Below, piece after piece: positions 55,484 through 64,000 of a DNA stretch of 64,000 nt. Below the pieces are notes generated by a model, which did no database searches, was not told the DNA's origin, and was given only the letters and a program-made list of their open reading frames with translations. The stretch covers positions 65,691 through 129,690 of the forward strand of contig JAZNSH010000017.1 of assembly GCA_045591115.1 (NCBI GenBank), in the 5' to 3' direction. Origin of the DNA: Clostridia bacterium. Its GTDB lineage: Bacteria > Bacillota > Clostridia > Christensenellales > QALW01. Position numbers and translations under genes: made by a program. Within the stretch, counting starts at the first letter, position 1. Each line of letters begins with the position of its first letter.

Positions 55484-56836
55484 ATGGCCAGATTATTTGG
55501 AACAGATGGCGTTCGCGGTGTTGCAAATACCGAGCTTACGCCTGAGCTTGCTTTCAATTTAGGAAAAGCAGGTGCAACAGTTTTAACAAGTGAAATTCAT
55601 AAACCAAAGATTCTTGTTGGAAGAGATACGCGCATTTCAGGGCAGATGCTTGAATCTGCTTTGATTGCAGGTATGATGAGTGTTGGAGCTGACGTTTTAA
55701 TTGCAGGAGTTATTCCCACACCTGCAGTTGCATATCTTACAAAATACTATAACTGTGATGCAGGCGTTATGATCTCTGCAAGCCATAACTCAGTTGAGTT
55801 TAACGGCATAAAGTTCTTTAACCGTGATGGCTTTAAGCTTCCCGATGCCGTTGAGGATGAGATCGAAGCACTTATTAAATCAGGCGATATGCCTTGTCCC
55901 ATCGGTGCTGATGTGGGAAAAATGATCCCCGTTAAAAATGCAAAGGAGGATTATAAGGATTTCCTTGCCTCCACCATTGACGTGCGCCTTGACGGTATTG
56001 AGGTGGTAATGGACTGTGCCAACGGTGCGGCATCATCAGTTGCACCTCAGCTTTTTAAGAGCCTTGGTGCGGTGGTTTATCCTTATTACTTCTTGCCTGA
56101 CGGAACTGACATCAACTTAAACTGCGGTTCAACCCATTCAGACAGAATTTGTCAGATAGTTAAGGAGATCGGCGCCGATATCGGCATTGCCTTTGATGGC
56201 GATGCTGACCGCCTTATTGCTTGTGATGAGCGCGGTGTTGAGCTTGATGGTGACCATATTATGGCAGTTTGCGCCAATATGCTTAAAAAAGAGGGACGCC
56301 TTAAAAAGAATACCCTTGTTGGCACCGTTATGAGCAATATGGGCCTTGATATTTTCTGTGAGGGCAAGGGCATTAACCTTGAAAAGACAGGTGTAGGCGA
56401 CAGGTACGTTTTGGAGAAAATGCTTGAGGATGATTTTTCCTTAGGCGGTGAAAAGAGCGGACACGTTATTTTCCTTGAGTACAGCACTACAGGTGACGGA
56501 TTGTTGACGGCACTTCAGCTTCTTCGTGCAAAGGCTATTGAGAAAAAGGAAATGAGCGTTCTTGCAGAGGGAATGCGTAATTTGCCTCAGGTGCTTGTTA
56601 ACATTAAGGTTGATAACGATAAAAAAGAGCTTTATAAGACCGATGAAAATATCTTAAAAGAGATAAAACTTGCAGATAAAGCACTTAAGGGCAGGGGAAG
56701 AACTCTTATCCGCGCCAGCGGCACCGAGCCTCTTATCCGCGTTATGCTTGAGGGCGAGGATGAAAGAGAAATAAATGATTTTGCCTTGAAAATTGCAAAG
56801 GCTATTGAAAAGGCTTGCGGTGGCAAAATAAAATAG
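55484..56836 (+). CDS. glmM: phosphoglucosamine mutase
   Basis: FGTDGVRG, SASHN (phosphoserine), FDGDADR and GGE.SGH motifs are present. Confidence 0.93.
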   Translation: MARLFGTDGVRGVANTELTPELAFNLGKAGATVLTSEIHKPKILVGRDTRISGQMLESALIAGMMSVGADVLIAGVIPTPAVAYLTKYYNCDAGVMISASHNSVEFNGIKFFNRDGFKLPDAVEDEIEALIKSGDMPCPIGADVGKMIPVKNAKEDYKDFLASTIDVRLDGIEVVMDCANGAASSVAPQLFKSLGAVVYPYYFLPDGTDINLNCGSTHSDRICQIVKEIGADIGIAFDGDADRLIACDERGVELDGDHIMAVCANMLKKEGRLKKNTLVGTVMSNMGLDIFCEGKGINLEKTGVGDRYVLEKMLEDDFSLGGEKSGHVIFLEYSTTGDGLLTALQLLRAKAIEKKEMSVLAEGMRNLPQVLVNIKVDNDKKELYKTDENILKEIKLADKALKGRGRTLIRASGTEPLIRVMLEGEDEREINDFALKIAKAIEKACGGKIK

Positions 56837-56845
56837 GAGCAGAAA

Positions 56846-58636
56846 ATGAGTCAGGTAAAAACAAGAGATCAGATAGAAAATAAATATAAATGGAATCTTA
56901 ATGATATTTTTGAAAGCATTGATGCTTGGGAGACGGCCTTTAAATTTATTAAGGATAAAATTCCCGAATTATGTGCATTCAAGGGTAAATTAAGCGATAA
57001 AAATGAGCTTAAAAGGTTTTTTGATCTGGAACATAAGGTATCGCTTTTGGGCGAAAAGCTTTATGTTTTTGCAAAGATGAGCCGTGATCAAGATAATAGT
57101 GATGATACATTTGTTTCCCTTTGCGACCGCGCTTACGGTCTTTTGATGGAAGTTGAAACGGAAACTGCTTTCGTTACTCCTGAGCTTAACGAGCTTCCCG
57201 ATGAAACTCTTATTGCTTTCTCTGAGGATGAGGTTTTTGAAAATAACAGCCTTTATCTTAAGGGTATTCTGCGCAACAAAAAGCATCTTTTGTCAGAGGG
57301 CGAGGAGCGTATTTTAGCAATGACCACCGAAATGGCAAATTCGTATGATACCATTTTCACTCAGCTTTCCGATGTGGATATGAAATTTGACGATATTCTT
57401 TTGCCTGACGGAACAAAAACAGAGCTTTCTCACGGCAGATACGGCATATTCCTCCGTGATAAAAACCGTGATTTGAGAAAGCAGGCTTACGTTTCTATGT
57501 ATGAGGCTCACAAGGATAACATAAACACCTTGTCATCCTTATATGCTTCCAGCGTTAAAAAGGACGTTTTCTATGCAAAAGCCAGAAAATACGATTCGGT
57601 TCTTGAGGGCGAATTGTTTTCAGGAAACATTCCCAAGGAGGTCTACACCGGACTTATTGAGGCAGTTCATTCCGCGTTGCCCGTAATGCACAGATACGTT
57701 GCTTTGAGAAAGATGCTTCTTAATATTGATGACCTTAAAATGTACGATATGTACGTTCCCACAGTTGACGTGCCTGAACAGAATTATACCTATGAGGAGG
57801 CACAAGCACTTGCCAAAAAGGCACTTGCACCCTTAGGTGAGGATTATGTTGAGCTTTTGGAAAGATCCTTTAAGGAAAACTGGATCGATGTTTTTGAAAA
57901 CAAGGGCAAAACAAGCGGTGCATATTCCTGGGGGACTTATGGGGTGCATCCCTATATGCTTTTAAACTATCAGGATAAGCTTGATGATGTGTTTACTCTC
58001 GTTCACGAGGCAGGCCACTCAATGCACACCTATTATTCCGATAATGCTCTTTGCTATGAAAAGGCACAGTACAGGATTTTCGTTGCGGAGGTTGCTTCTA
58101 CAGTCAATGAGGTGCTTTTATTAAAATATCTTCTTAAAAATACGGAAGATAAGGATATGAAAGCATATTTATTGAACCATCTGCTTGAGCAGTTCAGAAC
58201 CACCGTTTTCCGCCAGACTATGTTTGCGGAGTTTGAGCTTAAGGTTCACGAGCTTGCAGAAAAGGGCGAAGCACTTACCAAAAATACCTTCAATAAGATT
58301 TACGGTGATCTTAATCGCCTTTATTACGGAGAAAGCGTTGAAACTGATGATTATATTTCAACCGAGTGGGCACGCATACCTCATTTCTACCGTGCTTATT
58401 ACGTTTATCAGTACGCAACGGGATTTTCTTCAGCGGTAAAAATTGCCGATATGATTCTTTCTGAGGGGGAAGAAGCGGTTAAAAAATATAAGAAATTCTT
58501 ATCTTCAGGCGGAAGTGATTTCCCCGTTGAGCTTTTAAAGATAACGGGAGTTGATCTTACTAAGCCCGATGCAATTATTTCTGCTATGGAAGTATTTGAA
58601 AATACGTTAAAGGAATTTGAGGAGATTATAAAATGA
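56846..58636 (+). CDS. pepF: oligoendopeptidase F (M3B)
   Basis: 596 aa with the HEAGHSMH zinc motif. Confidence 0.9.
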   Translation: MSQVKTRDQIENKYKWNLNDIFESIDAWETAFKFIKDKIPELCAFKGKLSDKNELKRFFDLEHKVSLLGEKLYVFAKMSRDQDNSDDTFVSLCDRAYGLLMEVETETAFVTPELNELPDETLIAFSEDEVFENNSLYLKGILRNKKHLLSEGEERILAMTTEMANSYDTIFTQLSDVDMKFDDILLPDGTKTELSHGRYGIFLRDKNRDLRKQAYVSMYEAHKDNINTLSSLYASSVKKDVFYAKARKYDSVLEGELFSGNIPKEVYTGLIEAVHSALPVMHRYVALRKMLLNIDDLKMYDMYVPTVDVPEQNYTYEEAQALAKKALAPLGEDYVELLERSFKENWIDVFENKGKTSGAYSWGTYGVHPYMLLNYQDKLDDVFTLVHEAGHSMHTYYSDNALCYEKAQYRIFVAEVASTVNEVLLLKYLLKNTEDKDMKAYLLNHLLEQFRTTVFRQTMFAEFELKVHELAEKGEALTKNTFNKIYGDLNRLYYGESVETDDYISTEWARIPHFYRAYYVYQYATGFSSAVKIADMILSEGEEAVKKYKKFLSSGGSDFPVELLKITGVDLTKPDAIISAMEVFENTLKEFEEIIK

Positions 58637-58944
58637 CAGGATTTGATGACAACGCATTAAATTGGATTATGGAAAAATATGAGGGAACTGCAAAAGAGGC
58701 AAGGGATGTTTTTAATCTTGCCCTTACCTATGATGTTGACTATATGGTTTCCGCAGGAATCATAGTTGACGGCGATTTTACCGATGAATACTATGATGAG
58801 GATGACGCCTTCGATTTTATCGTTGAGCATATTGCAAATGCTTTACCTGAGCTTGACGGCAACGTTTTAAGCGAGCTGGTTGAAGAATATATTGATCTTC
58901 ACGATGCTTATATGGAAGAGATCGGTCTTCTTTCTTGGGAATAA
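58633..58944 (+). CDS. hypothetical small acidic protein (103 aa)
   Basis: There is an ATGA overlap with pepF. The gene ends 2 nt before the next start. No family was recognised. Confidence 0.6.
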   Translation: MTGFDDNALNWIMEKYEGTAKEARDVFNLALTYDVDYMVSAGIIVDGDFTDEYYDEDDAFDFIVEHIANALPELDGNVLSELVEEYIDLHDAYMEEIGLLSWE

Positions 58945-58946
58945 TT

Positions 58947-60257
58947 ATGAAAAAGGATAATATTATAACTTGTCTGCTTGTAGGCTTTATTGCGGTGCTT
59001 TGCATTGCTATAATCTGTTTCATTCCGGGCTTATTCAATGGAAACTCATCTCAAAGTGAAACCGTTGATAATAACCCCATAAAAACGGAAGAACCCAAAT
59101 TGACTCAAGAGCCTACACCGTCACCTACGCCGATGCCAACACCTGTGCCTACACCGGTAGTAAGGCACGCGAAAATAAGTGCAATGGGCGATCTTTTGAT
59201 GCACGAGCCCGTTATGCGCGCATATAAAACGGATGACGGCTATAATTTTGACGGAATGTTCAGTTATATTAAGCCTTACATATCTGCCTCCGACTATGCG
59301 GTGATCAACCTTGAAACTACACTTCGCGGTGAAACGGATGGCTATAAGTATACGGGATATCCCTGCTTTAACTGTCCTGATGATATAGTTGACGGTGCTA
59401 AAAATGCAGGCTTTGATATGCTTTTAACTGCCAACAATCATTCCTATGATACGCGCTTAAAGGGGATGCAGAGAACGTTGCAGGTTATTGATGAAGCAGG
59501 TATTGCGCGCCTTGGTGTTACAAAGGATACAACTGAAAAAAATTATGCCGTAAAGGATATTAACGGCATTAAGGTTGGTATGATATCATATACCTATGAA
59601 ACGGATAATTCCAAAAAAGTTGCATTAAACGGTATTCCCTTGTCAGATGAGGCAAAAGACCTTGTAAATGCCTTCAGCTACGGTGAGCTTAACGATTTTT
59701 ATAATAAGATCGAGGGCGAGCTTAAGGAAATGAAAAATGACGGTGCCGAAGCCTTTGTACTGTTTATTCATTGGGGAGATGAATATCAGGTTAAGCAAAA
59801 TAAGAATCAGGAAAAAATTGCTCAAAAAATGTGCGATTTAGGCTTTGATGTTATCGTTGGGGGACACCCTCACGTTGTTCAGCCCGTTGATCTTCTTACC
59901 TCGACCGTTGATGAAAGCCACAAAACCGTCTGCCTTTATTCGATGGGCAATGCAGTTTCAAATCAGCGCAGGCAGAATATGAACCTTAAAACGGGACACA
60001 CTGAGGATGGTGTTATCTTTACCTTTGAATTTACAAAGATTGATGACTCTGTAACAGTTTCAGATGTTGAAATCGTGCCTATCTGGGTAAATAAAACGAG
60101 CACCGATTATTACATAATTCCTATGGAAAGTGAAGCTGTCTTCGGAGATTTTGACAGTAGTCTGAAAAACAAACTGACTGAATCCTATAACCGCACCGAT
60201 AAGATCATCGGCTCGGGACTTGAGAAAATTGAAGAAGAGATGGAAAAAGCCTCATAA
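58947..60257 (+). CDS. CapA/PGA_cap family metallophosphatase-like protein, membrane anchored
   Basis: An N-terminal TM segment and a PTPSPTPMPTPVPTP linker are present, along with AMGDLLMH, NNHS and GGHPH motifs. Confidence 0.8.
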   Translation: MKKDNIITCLLVGFIAVLCIAIICFIPGLFNGNSSQSETVDNNPIKTEEPKLTQEPTPSPTPMPTPVPTPVVRHAKISAMGDLLMHEPVMRAYKTDDGYNFDGMFSYIKPYISASDYAVINLETTLRGETDGYKYTGYPCFNCPDDIVDGAKNAGFDMLLTANNHSYDTRLKGMQRTLQVIDEAGIARLGVTKDTTEKNYAVKDINGIKVGMISYTYETDNSKKVALNGIPLSDEAKDLVNAFSYGELNDFYNKIEGELKEMKNDGAEAFVLFIHWGDEYQVKQNKNQEKIAQKMCDLGFDVIVGGHPHVVQPVDLLTSTVDESHKTVCLYSMGNAVSNQRRQNMNLKTGHTEDGVIFTFEFTKIDDSVTVSDVEIVPIWVNKTSTDYYIIPMESEAVFGDFDSSLKNKLTESYNRTDKIIGSGLEKIEEEMEKAS

Positions 60258-60264
60258 AGAGGCT
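60244..60264. repeat. 21-nt direct repeat, copy 1 (copy 2 at 60457-60477)
   Basis: AAAAAGCCTCATAAAGAGGCT is identical at both sites. It contains a GCCTC/GAGGC terminator hairpin and overlaps the stop codon of the capA-like gene. Confidence 0.85.
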
Positions 60265-60329
60265 CAGAGCACTGACAAACCCCTGCAAACACAAACCCCT
60301 ACAAAAATTTTGCAGGGGTTTGTTTCCTA

Positions 60330-60402
60330 TGTTGCGATAACCATAAACGCTCGGTTACTTACGCCTGTGTAAGCGCCCTCGCGTTTAGAACATCGCGCCT
60401 TG
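60330..60402 (+). repeat. structured intergenic element, copy 2
   Basis: It aligns with 16794-16867. The outer helix differs by three compensatory base-pair changes. Confidence 0.8.
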
Positions 60403-60456
60403 GATTTCAAGGGTTTCTCGAACTCTGGCAGCCTGCTGACTTTGTCAGCAGACTGA

Positions 60457-60477
60457 AAAAAGCCTCATAAAGAGGCT
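60457..60477. repeat. 21-nt direct repeat, copy 2 (functional terminator hairpin with flanking A/T runs)
   Basis: It is identical to 60244-60264. Here it is followed by TTTTT and preceded by A6. Confidence 0.85.
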
Positions 60478-60484
60478 TTTTCTA

Positions 60485-62314
60485 TCATTTAACAGTGAAT
60501 ATACAACCGTCGCAGGGAGGAATTTTGTCTAATGCGTTAAGGTAGATCTTATCAACTTCAACGCCCTTTAAAATAAGCTTGGGATCGATTTCTTCATTTG
60601 AAAGGTTAAGGACTGTTACTGTCTTGCCTGAAACCGTTACTGTTGCAAAGGGATGCTCTGCACGAATAGGCTTATTGTTTAAAATTTCCTTAAATGCATA
60701 CTCATAAATAATGTGTCTGTTCTTAGCGAACGCATATGATTCCGTGAGCATTTCTTCTTCCATTGGGAAGTTGAGGAAACAGATCTTGCCTTTTCCGTAA
60801 TTAAACTCTGAAATGAGCGGATTTCCCGAGGGATCAGATGCAATAACTGTTGCACCCATCGGCTTCATAACGCGTCTTTGAATGTAGGAATAAGGAATTT
60901 TTTTGCCTGAAAGCTCAAATTCACCGCTGATTCCCGTAAGCATTTCGTTATATTGCACCTCTAATCCAAACACTTCCTTAAACTCGGTGAAGAAAGCATC
61001 GTGATTGGAAACATAAAGCGTTGCACCGTCATAAACGCGGTTTTTAAGGTCGTTGTATGCTTCCTGATAAAGACAGCCATCACCGACGGTGGAGGGCATA
61101 ATATAGGCTTTTTTGTCGGGCAGAGGAGCATTGGGAGCAACAAACTCAGCTTCAAGACCTGCCTGCTTTGCCAAAATAAAGCTCATATATGCAAGACCCC
61201 AGCAATCGGTGTTCCGTGTTAAAAGAATTGCCGCATCTGTTTCAGGAGTGGCTTGCTTTAAATCGGTATTCTTTAAAAACTCGCCAAACTTCTTCATTTC
61301 AAGGAGGTACTTTTTTGGCTTGTAATCCTTATCAAGCATACCTAATTCGCGCTCAAGCATACACCAATTATAAGGGGGAGTGGTAAGATGGCTTTGCTCG
61401 TGTGCACACCACCAAAGAACGCCCGGTGAATTTTCTGCCCAATTGGAAAGAAGATTTATGCGCATAAAATCGGCAGAAACCTCATCAGAACAGATGGAAT
61501 TGCTTAAGGTGCCCAATTCCTCAACCAGGCAAGGCTTTTTGCTTATATCCTTGTATAAAAGCGTTTCTGTTGTGCCGTGCATAAGAGTGCGGATGGAGTT
61601 TATGGGATCAATATCACAATGGGGCACAAAATATGCGTAGGGATGGGTCGTAAGCATATCGGTTGCCTCGCCTTGATCTTCGATGAGCCAGGGGTTGTTC
61701 TGAACGGAAAGACCGTGCATACCGCTTATTATGGGACGGGTGCTGTCATTAGCACGAATGGTGTTGGCGATAAGGCTTGACCAGTTAAAGGCAGTTTCAC
61801 GGCAGTCGCAGGGCGACATACAGTTGCACTCATTACCTAAATTCCAAGCATAGATCGCCTTTTTATCTTTAAAACGCGAAACGATGCCCGTTACAAGCTT
61901 AATTTGAAAACGCAGAGAAACGGGATCGGTATAAACATTTTTGCCCTCTAAAGCAATGGGGGCGAACATTCTTCCGCTCATCCAACCCGTTACTATTCCA
62001 ACGATAAGCTTAAAACCGTATTTTTCGGCTAAATCACAGAAAACGTTAAAGCGTTCAAGCATAGCTTCATCAAGATAATAGGGGTTTTGGGGCTCGGAAA
62101 GGTCCTTCATAGCGTAGCCTTTAATTGAAAAACCGCCGCCGTAAAGTGTTACCACCGGCTGAAAATCACGCCAGTTTATAAAAACGCGAAGTGCATTCAC
62201 GTTATTTTCCTTTAAAATCTGAAAGTCCTTGTCAATTCTGTCAGGATCCCAGTTTACCCACATTTCTGTGCCTGCGTGGCTTGCCCAATAGTTACAACCC
62301 AATAAAAATTCCAT
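60485..62314 (-). CDS. clan GH-A (cellulase-like TIM barrel) glycoside hydrolase, family not resolved
   Basis: 609 aa. LRVFINWRDFQP and WNLGNECN (NE acid/base) are present. There is no signal peptide. Confidence 0.65.
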   Translation of the reverse strand: MEFLLGCNYWASHAGTEMWVNWDPDRIDKDFQILKENNVNALRVFINWRDFQPVVTLYGGGFSIKGYAMKDLSEPQNPYYLDEAMLERFNVFCDLAEKYGFKLIVGIVTGWMSGRMFAPIALEGKNVYTDPVSLRFQIKLVTGIVSRFKDKKAIYAWNLGNECNCMSPCDCRETAFNWSSLIANTIRANDSTRPIISGMHGLSVQNNPWLIEDQGEATDMLTTHPYAYFVPHCDIDPINSIRTLMHGTTETLLYKDISKKPCLVEELGTLSNSICSDEVSADFMRINLLSNWAENSPGVLWWCAHEQSHLTTPPYNWCMLERELGMLDKDYKPKKYLLEMKKFGEFLKNTDLKQATPETDAAILLTRNTDCWGLAYMSFILAKQAGLEAEFVAPNAPLPDKKAYIMPSTVGDGCLYQEAYNDLKNRVYDGATLYVSNHDAFFTEFKEVFGLEVQYNEMLTGISGEFELSGKKIPYSYIQRRVMKPMGATVIASDPSGNPLISEFNYGKGKICFLNFPMEEEMLTESYAFAKNRHIIYEYAFKEILNNKPIRAEHPFATVTVSGKTVTVLNLSNEEIDPKLILKGVEVDKIYLNALDKIPPCDGCIFTVK

Positions 62315-62450
62315 AGACGATCCTCCAAAAAATTCTTAATCTAATTATATATTTTCAGAAAGCCTATGTCAATACGCCAAAGCGCAATAATTAAAGGTTT
62401 TTGCGCAATTTTTAAAGATTTTACAGGTTTTTAAACATAAAAAAACAGGC

Positions 62451-62663
62451 TCAAGGCCTGTCTTTAAGTCCCAACAGATAGTCGGTTGAAACTTTGAAGA
62501 ATTTCGCAAAAGCAATTATATCGTCAATGCAAGGCTCGCATTTGTTGCATTCGATGTAAGAAACTTTTCGTTGTGTCATATTAACTTTTTCACCAAGCTG
62601 TGTCTGGTTGATATCAAGATCCTCGCGTAAGTTTTTAATTCGTTCACCAAAAGACAGTTTCAT
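62451..62663 (-). CDS. XRE-family HTH transcriptional regulator (70 aa)
   Basis: The start at 62663 follows AGGTGA. The sequence FGERIKNLREDLDINQTQLGEKVNMTQRKVSYIE is present. Confidence 0.8.
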   Translation of the reverse strand: MKLSFGERIKNLREDLDINQTQLGEKVNMTQRKVSYIECNKCEPCIDDIIAFAKFFKVSTDYLLGLKDRP

Positions 62664-62710
62664 AAAATTTATCACCTGAATGCTATTATACATTAGATAA
62701 AAAGTTTCTA

Positions 62711-62739
62711 TTGACATTTAGACAAAAAATGTCTATAAT
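62711..62739 (+). promoter_or_regulatory. consensus promoter with TAGACA-N5-TGTCTA palindrome in the spacer
   Basis: TTGACA, 17-nt spacer, TATAAT. The inverted repeat at 62719-62735 spans the spacer and overlaps the first two bases of the -10 hexamer. It lies divergent to the XRE gene. Confidence 0.6.
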
Positions 62740-62771
62740 ATACATAATACGAAAGAAAGGGGGAAAAAGTT

Positions 62772-63011
62772 GTGGGCGTTGCTGCTTTAATTTTAGGTAT
62801 CATCAGTACCGTAATCGGCGCTTTCTTCAGCTATATCGGCTGGGTAGGTATCATTGTTGGTGTTCTCGGTATTGTGCTTGCAGCTGTTGCTAAGAAGAAC
62901 GGTCAGAGCGGTGTTGCTACTGCAGGCTTGGTTCTTTCAATCATTGGTACGGCACTTAGCTTGATTTTATATCTTGCTTGTGTTGCTTGCGTTGCAAGTG
63001 TTACGCTTTAA
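62772..63011 (+). CDS. small two/three-TM membrane protein (DUF4190-like)
   Basis: GTG start after AAGGGGGA. The protein is Gly/Ile/Val-rich and hydrophobic, 79 aa. Confidence 0.65.
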   Translation: MGVAALILGIISTVIGAFFSYIGWVGIIVGVLGIVLAAVAKKNGQSGVATAGLVLSIIGTALSLILYLACVACVASVTL

Positions 63012-63020
63012 TAGAAAATG

Positions 63021-63046
63021 ACCTTGCTTTGTGCAAGGTTATTTTT
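63021..63046 (+). terminator. intrinsic terminator
   Basis: ACCTTGC/GCAAGGT hairpin followed by TATTTTT. Confidence 0.6.
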
Positions 63047-63063
63047 CTACACAACGAGAAAAT

Positions 63064-63807
63064 ATGTATCCGTATATAAACTTAATGGGAAAAAGCGTTT
63101 CCACTTACGGAGTTTTAATGCTTCTGGGCGTTATAACCGTATTTTTGTGTGCTTTTTTCAGGCTGAAAAAGCGGGGCGAATCGGTTTATGATCTTTTTAT
63201 CGTTTCCGCCTGCACTCTGCTTGCGGCACTTATGGGGGCAAGCCTTCTTTTTGCAATCGTTACCTATCCGATTTCATTTATCCTTGAATCGCTTTTTTCA
63301 GGCAATTTTGAGGTCTTTGGTGGTTTGGTATATTATGGTGGACTTATAGGCGGTATTGTCGGCGCAATGATAGGAATAAAAATTGCAAAAGGAAAATTAC
63401 AGCCATTTGAAAACGCTATTGTGCCTTTTATGCCCATAGGTCATGCTATAGGAAGAATTGGGTGTGTTATGGCAGGATGCTGTAAAGGCTTTGAATATGA
63501 CGGACCTTTTGCACTCTACTATCCCGGCTTTGAGCACGGGCACTTCCCGGTGCAGATAGTTGAAGCATTCTTTAATGTTATAATTGCTATAATCCTTATA
63601 GTTTATTCAAAAAAGGAAAGAAAAACATATGGTATATTGCTTTTGTATCTGCTTCTTTATTCTGTAAGCCGCTTTTTGCTTGAGCTTATGAGAGGCGATG
63701 CGGTAAGAGGAATATTTTTCGGTCTTTCAACCTCCCAATGGATCGCTATAGCCTTATTTGCCGTTTCATTGCTGTTTATTTTTATAAGAAAAATCAGAAA
63801 AGCATAA
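63064..63807 (+). CDS. lgt: prolipoprotein diacylglyceryl transferase
   Basis: The HAIGRIGCVMAGCCKG signature is present in a polytopic protein. The ATG at 63064 lies after the upstream terminator. Confidence 0.88.
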   Translation: MYPYINLMGKSVSTYGVLMLLGVITVFLCAFFRLKKRGESVYDLFIVSACTLLAALMGASLLFAIVTYPISFILESLFSGNFEVFGGLVYYGGLIGGIVGAMIGIKIAKGKLQPFENAIVPFMPIGHAIGRIGCVMAGCCKGFEYDGPFALYYPGFEHGHFPVQIVEAFFNVIIAIILIVYSKKERKTYGILLLYLLLYSVSRFLLELMRGDAVRGIFFGLSTSQWIAIALFAVSLLFIFIRKIRKA

Positions 63808-63837
63808 TGCTACGTTGTGGCAATTATGCTTTTTTTT
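63801..63837 (+). terminator. intrinsic terminator after lgt
   Basis: AGCATAAT/ATTATGCT hairpin followed by T8. Confidence 0.7.
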
Positions 63838-63883
63838 ACATATAATGAAAGTGTAGTCAATGACTACGAAGGGGGAAGTTTTA

Positions 63884-64000
63884 ATGTGTATTTTAAGAAA
63901 TAACGGCTGCAACGGTTATAATAGCTGTAACAGCTGTAATACCTGCAATAATACCTGCAATAACGGTAACGGTTGCAATAACGGTTGTTCAAATAACTGC
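63884..64000 (+). CDS. Cys/Asn-rich small protein, 3' end outside window
   Basis: A GGGGGA RBS lies 8 nt upstream. The visible sequence is MCILRNNGCNGYNSCNSCNTCNNTCNNGNGCNNGCSNNC... Confidence 0.5.
   Translation, partial: MCILRNNGCNGYNSCNSCNTCNNTCNNGNGCNNGCSNNC

Noticed and set aside
1-64000. Prophage, IS element or integrative island
   Set aside because: No integrase, transposase, recombinase, or phage structural or replication gene was recognised in any frame. Only small non-autonomous repeat elements were seen.

Overview
This is a moderately AT-rich Firmicute (Clostridia-like) chromosomal segment. Supporting signs are AGGAGG-type RBSs, many TTGACA-17-TATAAT promoters, a CotF-like spore-coat gene and PT/PE-rich linkers in exported proteins. 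It spans the dnaA / rpmH-rnpA-yidD-yidC-jag origin neighbourhood (about 20.5-27.7 kb). Most of the rest is housekeeping: glgBCD, serS, glnS, metF-metH, deoC-deoD-cdd-pdp, clpB, mgtE, glmM, pepF and lgt. These are interleaved with many apparently cytoplasmic glycoside hydrolases (GH2, GH116, GH20, GH30, GH42 and clan GH-A-like). No CRISPR array, transposase, integrase or recognisable defence operon is visible. The main unexplained signals are non-coding. (1) At 49.45-49.95 kb on the minus strand, a consensus promoter and an intrinsic terminator bracket about 470 nt. This unit holds four regularly spaced copies of an SD-plus-AUG-like module with AAGGA motifs, making it a candidate sponge or decoy sRNA. 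Its promoter is nearly identical to the glgBCD promoter. (2) A roughly 670-bp cassette sits between the mgsA terminator and tRNA-Ala. It carries a four-helix-bundle (23S-IVS/Avd family) gene and two convergent arrays of a conserved decamer separated by variable mini-hairpins. (3) A roughly 74-nt structured element occurs twice, in the 3' regions of serS and the capA-like gene, with three compensatory base-pair changes between copies. (4) The origin region is atypical: dnaA is not followed by dnaN, GH20 and GH30 genes lie between dnaA and rpmH, only one perfect DnaA box is present, and the genes left of dnaA are mostly head-on. (5) The mgtE leader has no M-box but contains a 23-codon hydrophobic ORF followed by a terminator. 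All functional calls come from reading motifs by eye. No database search was run.
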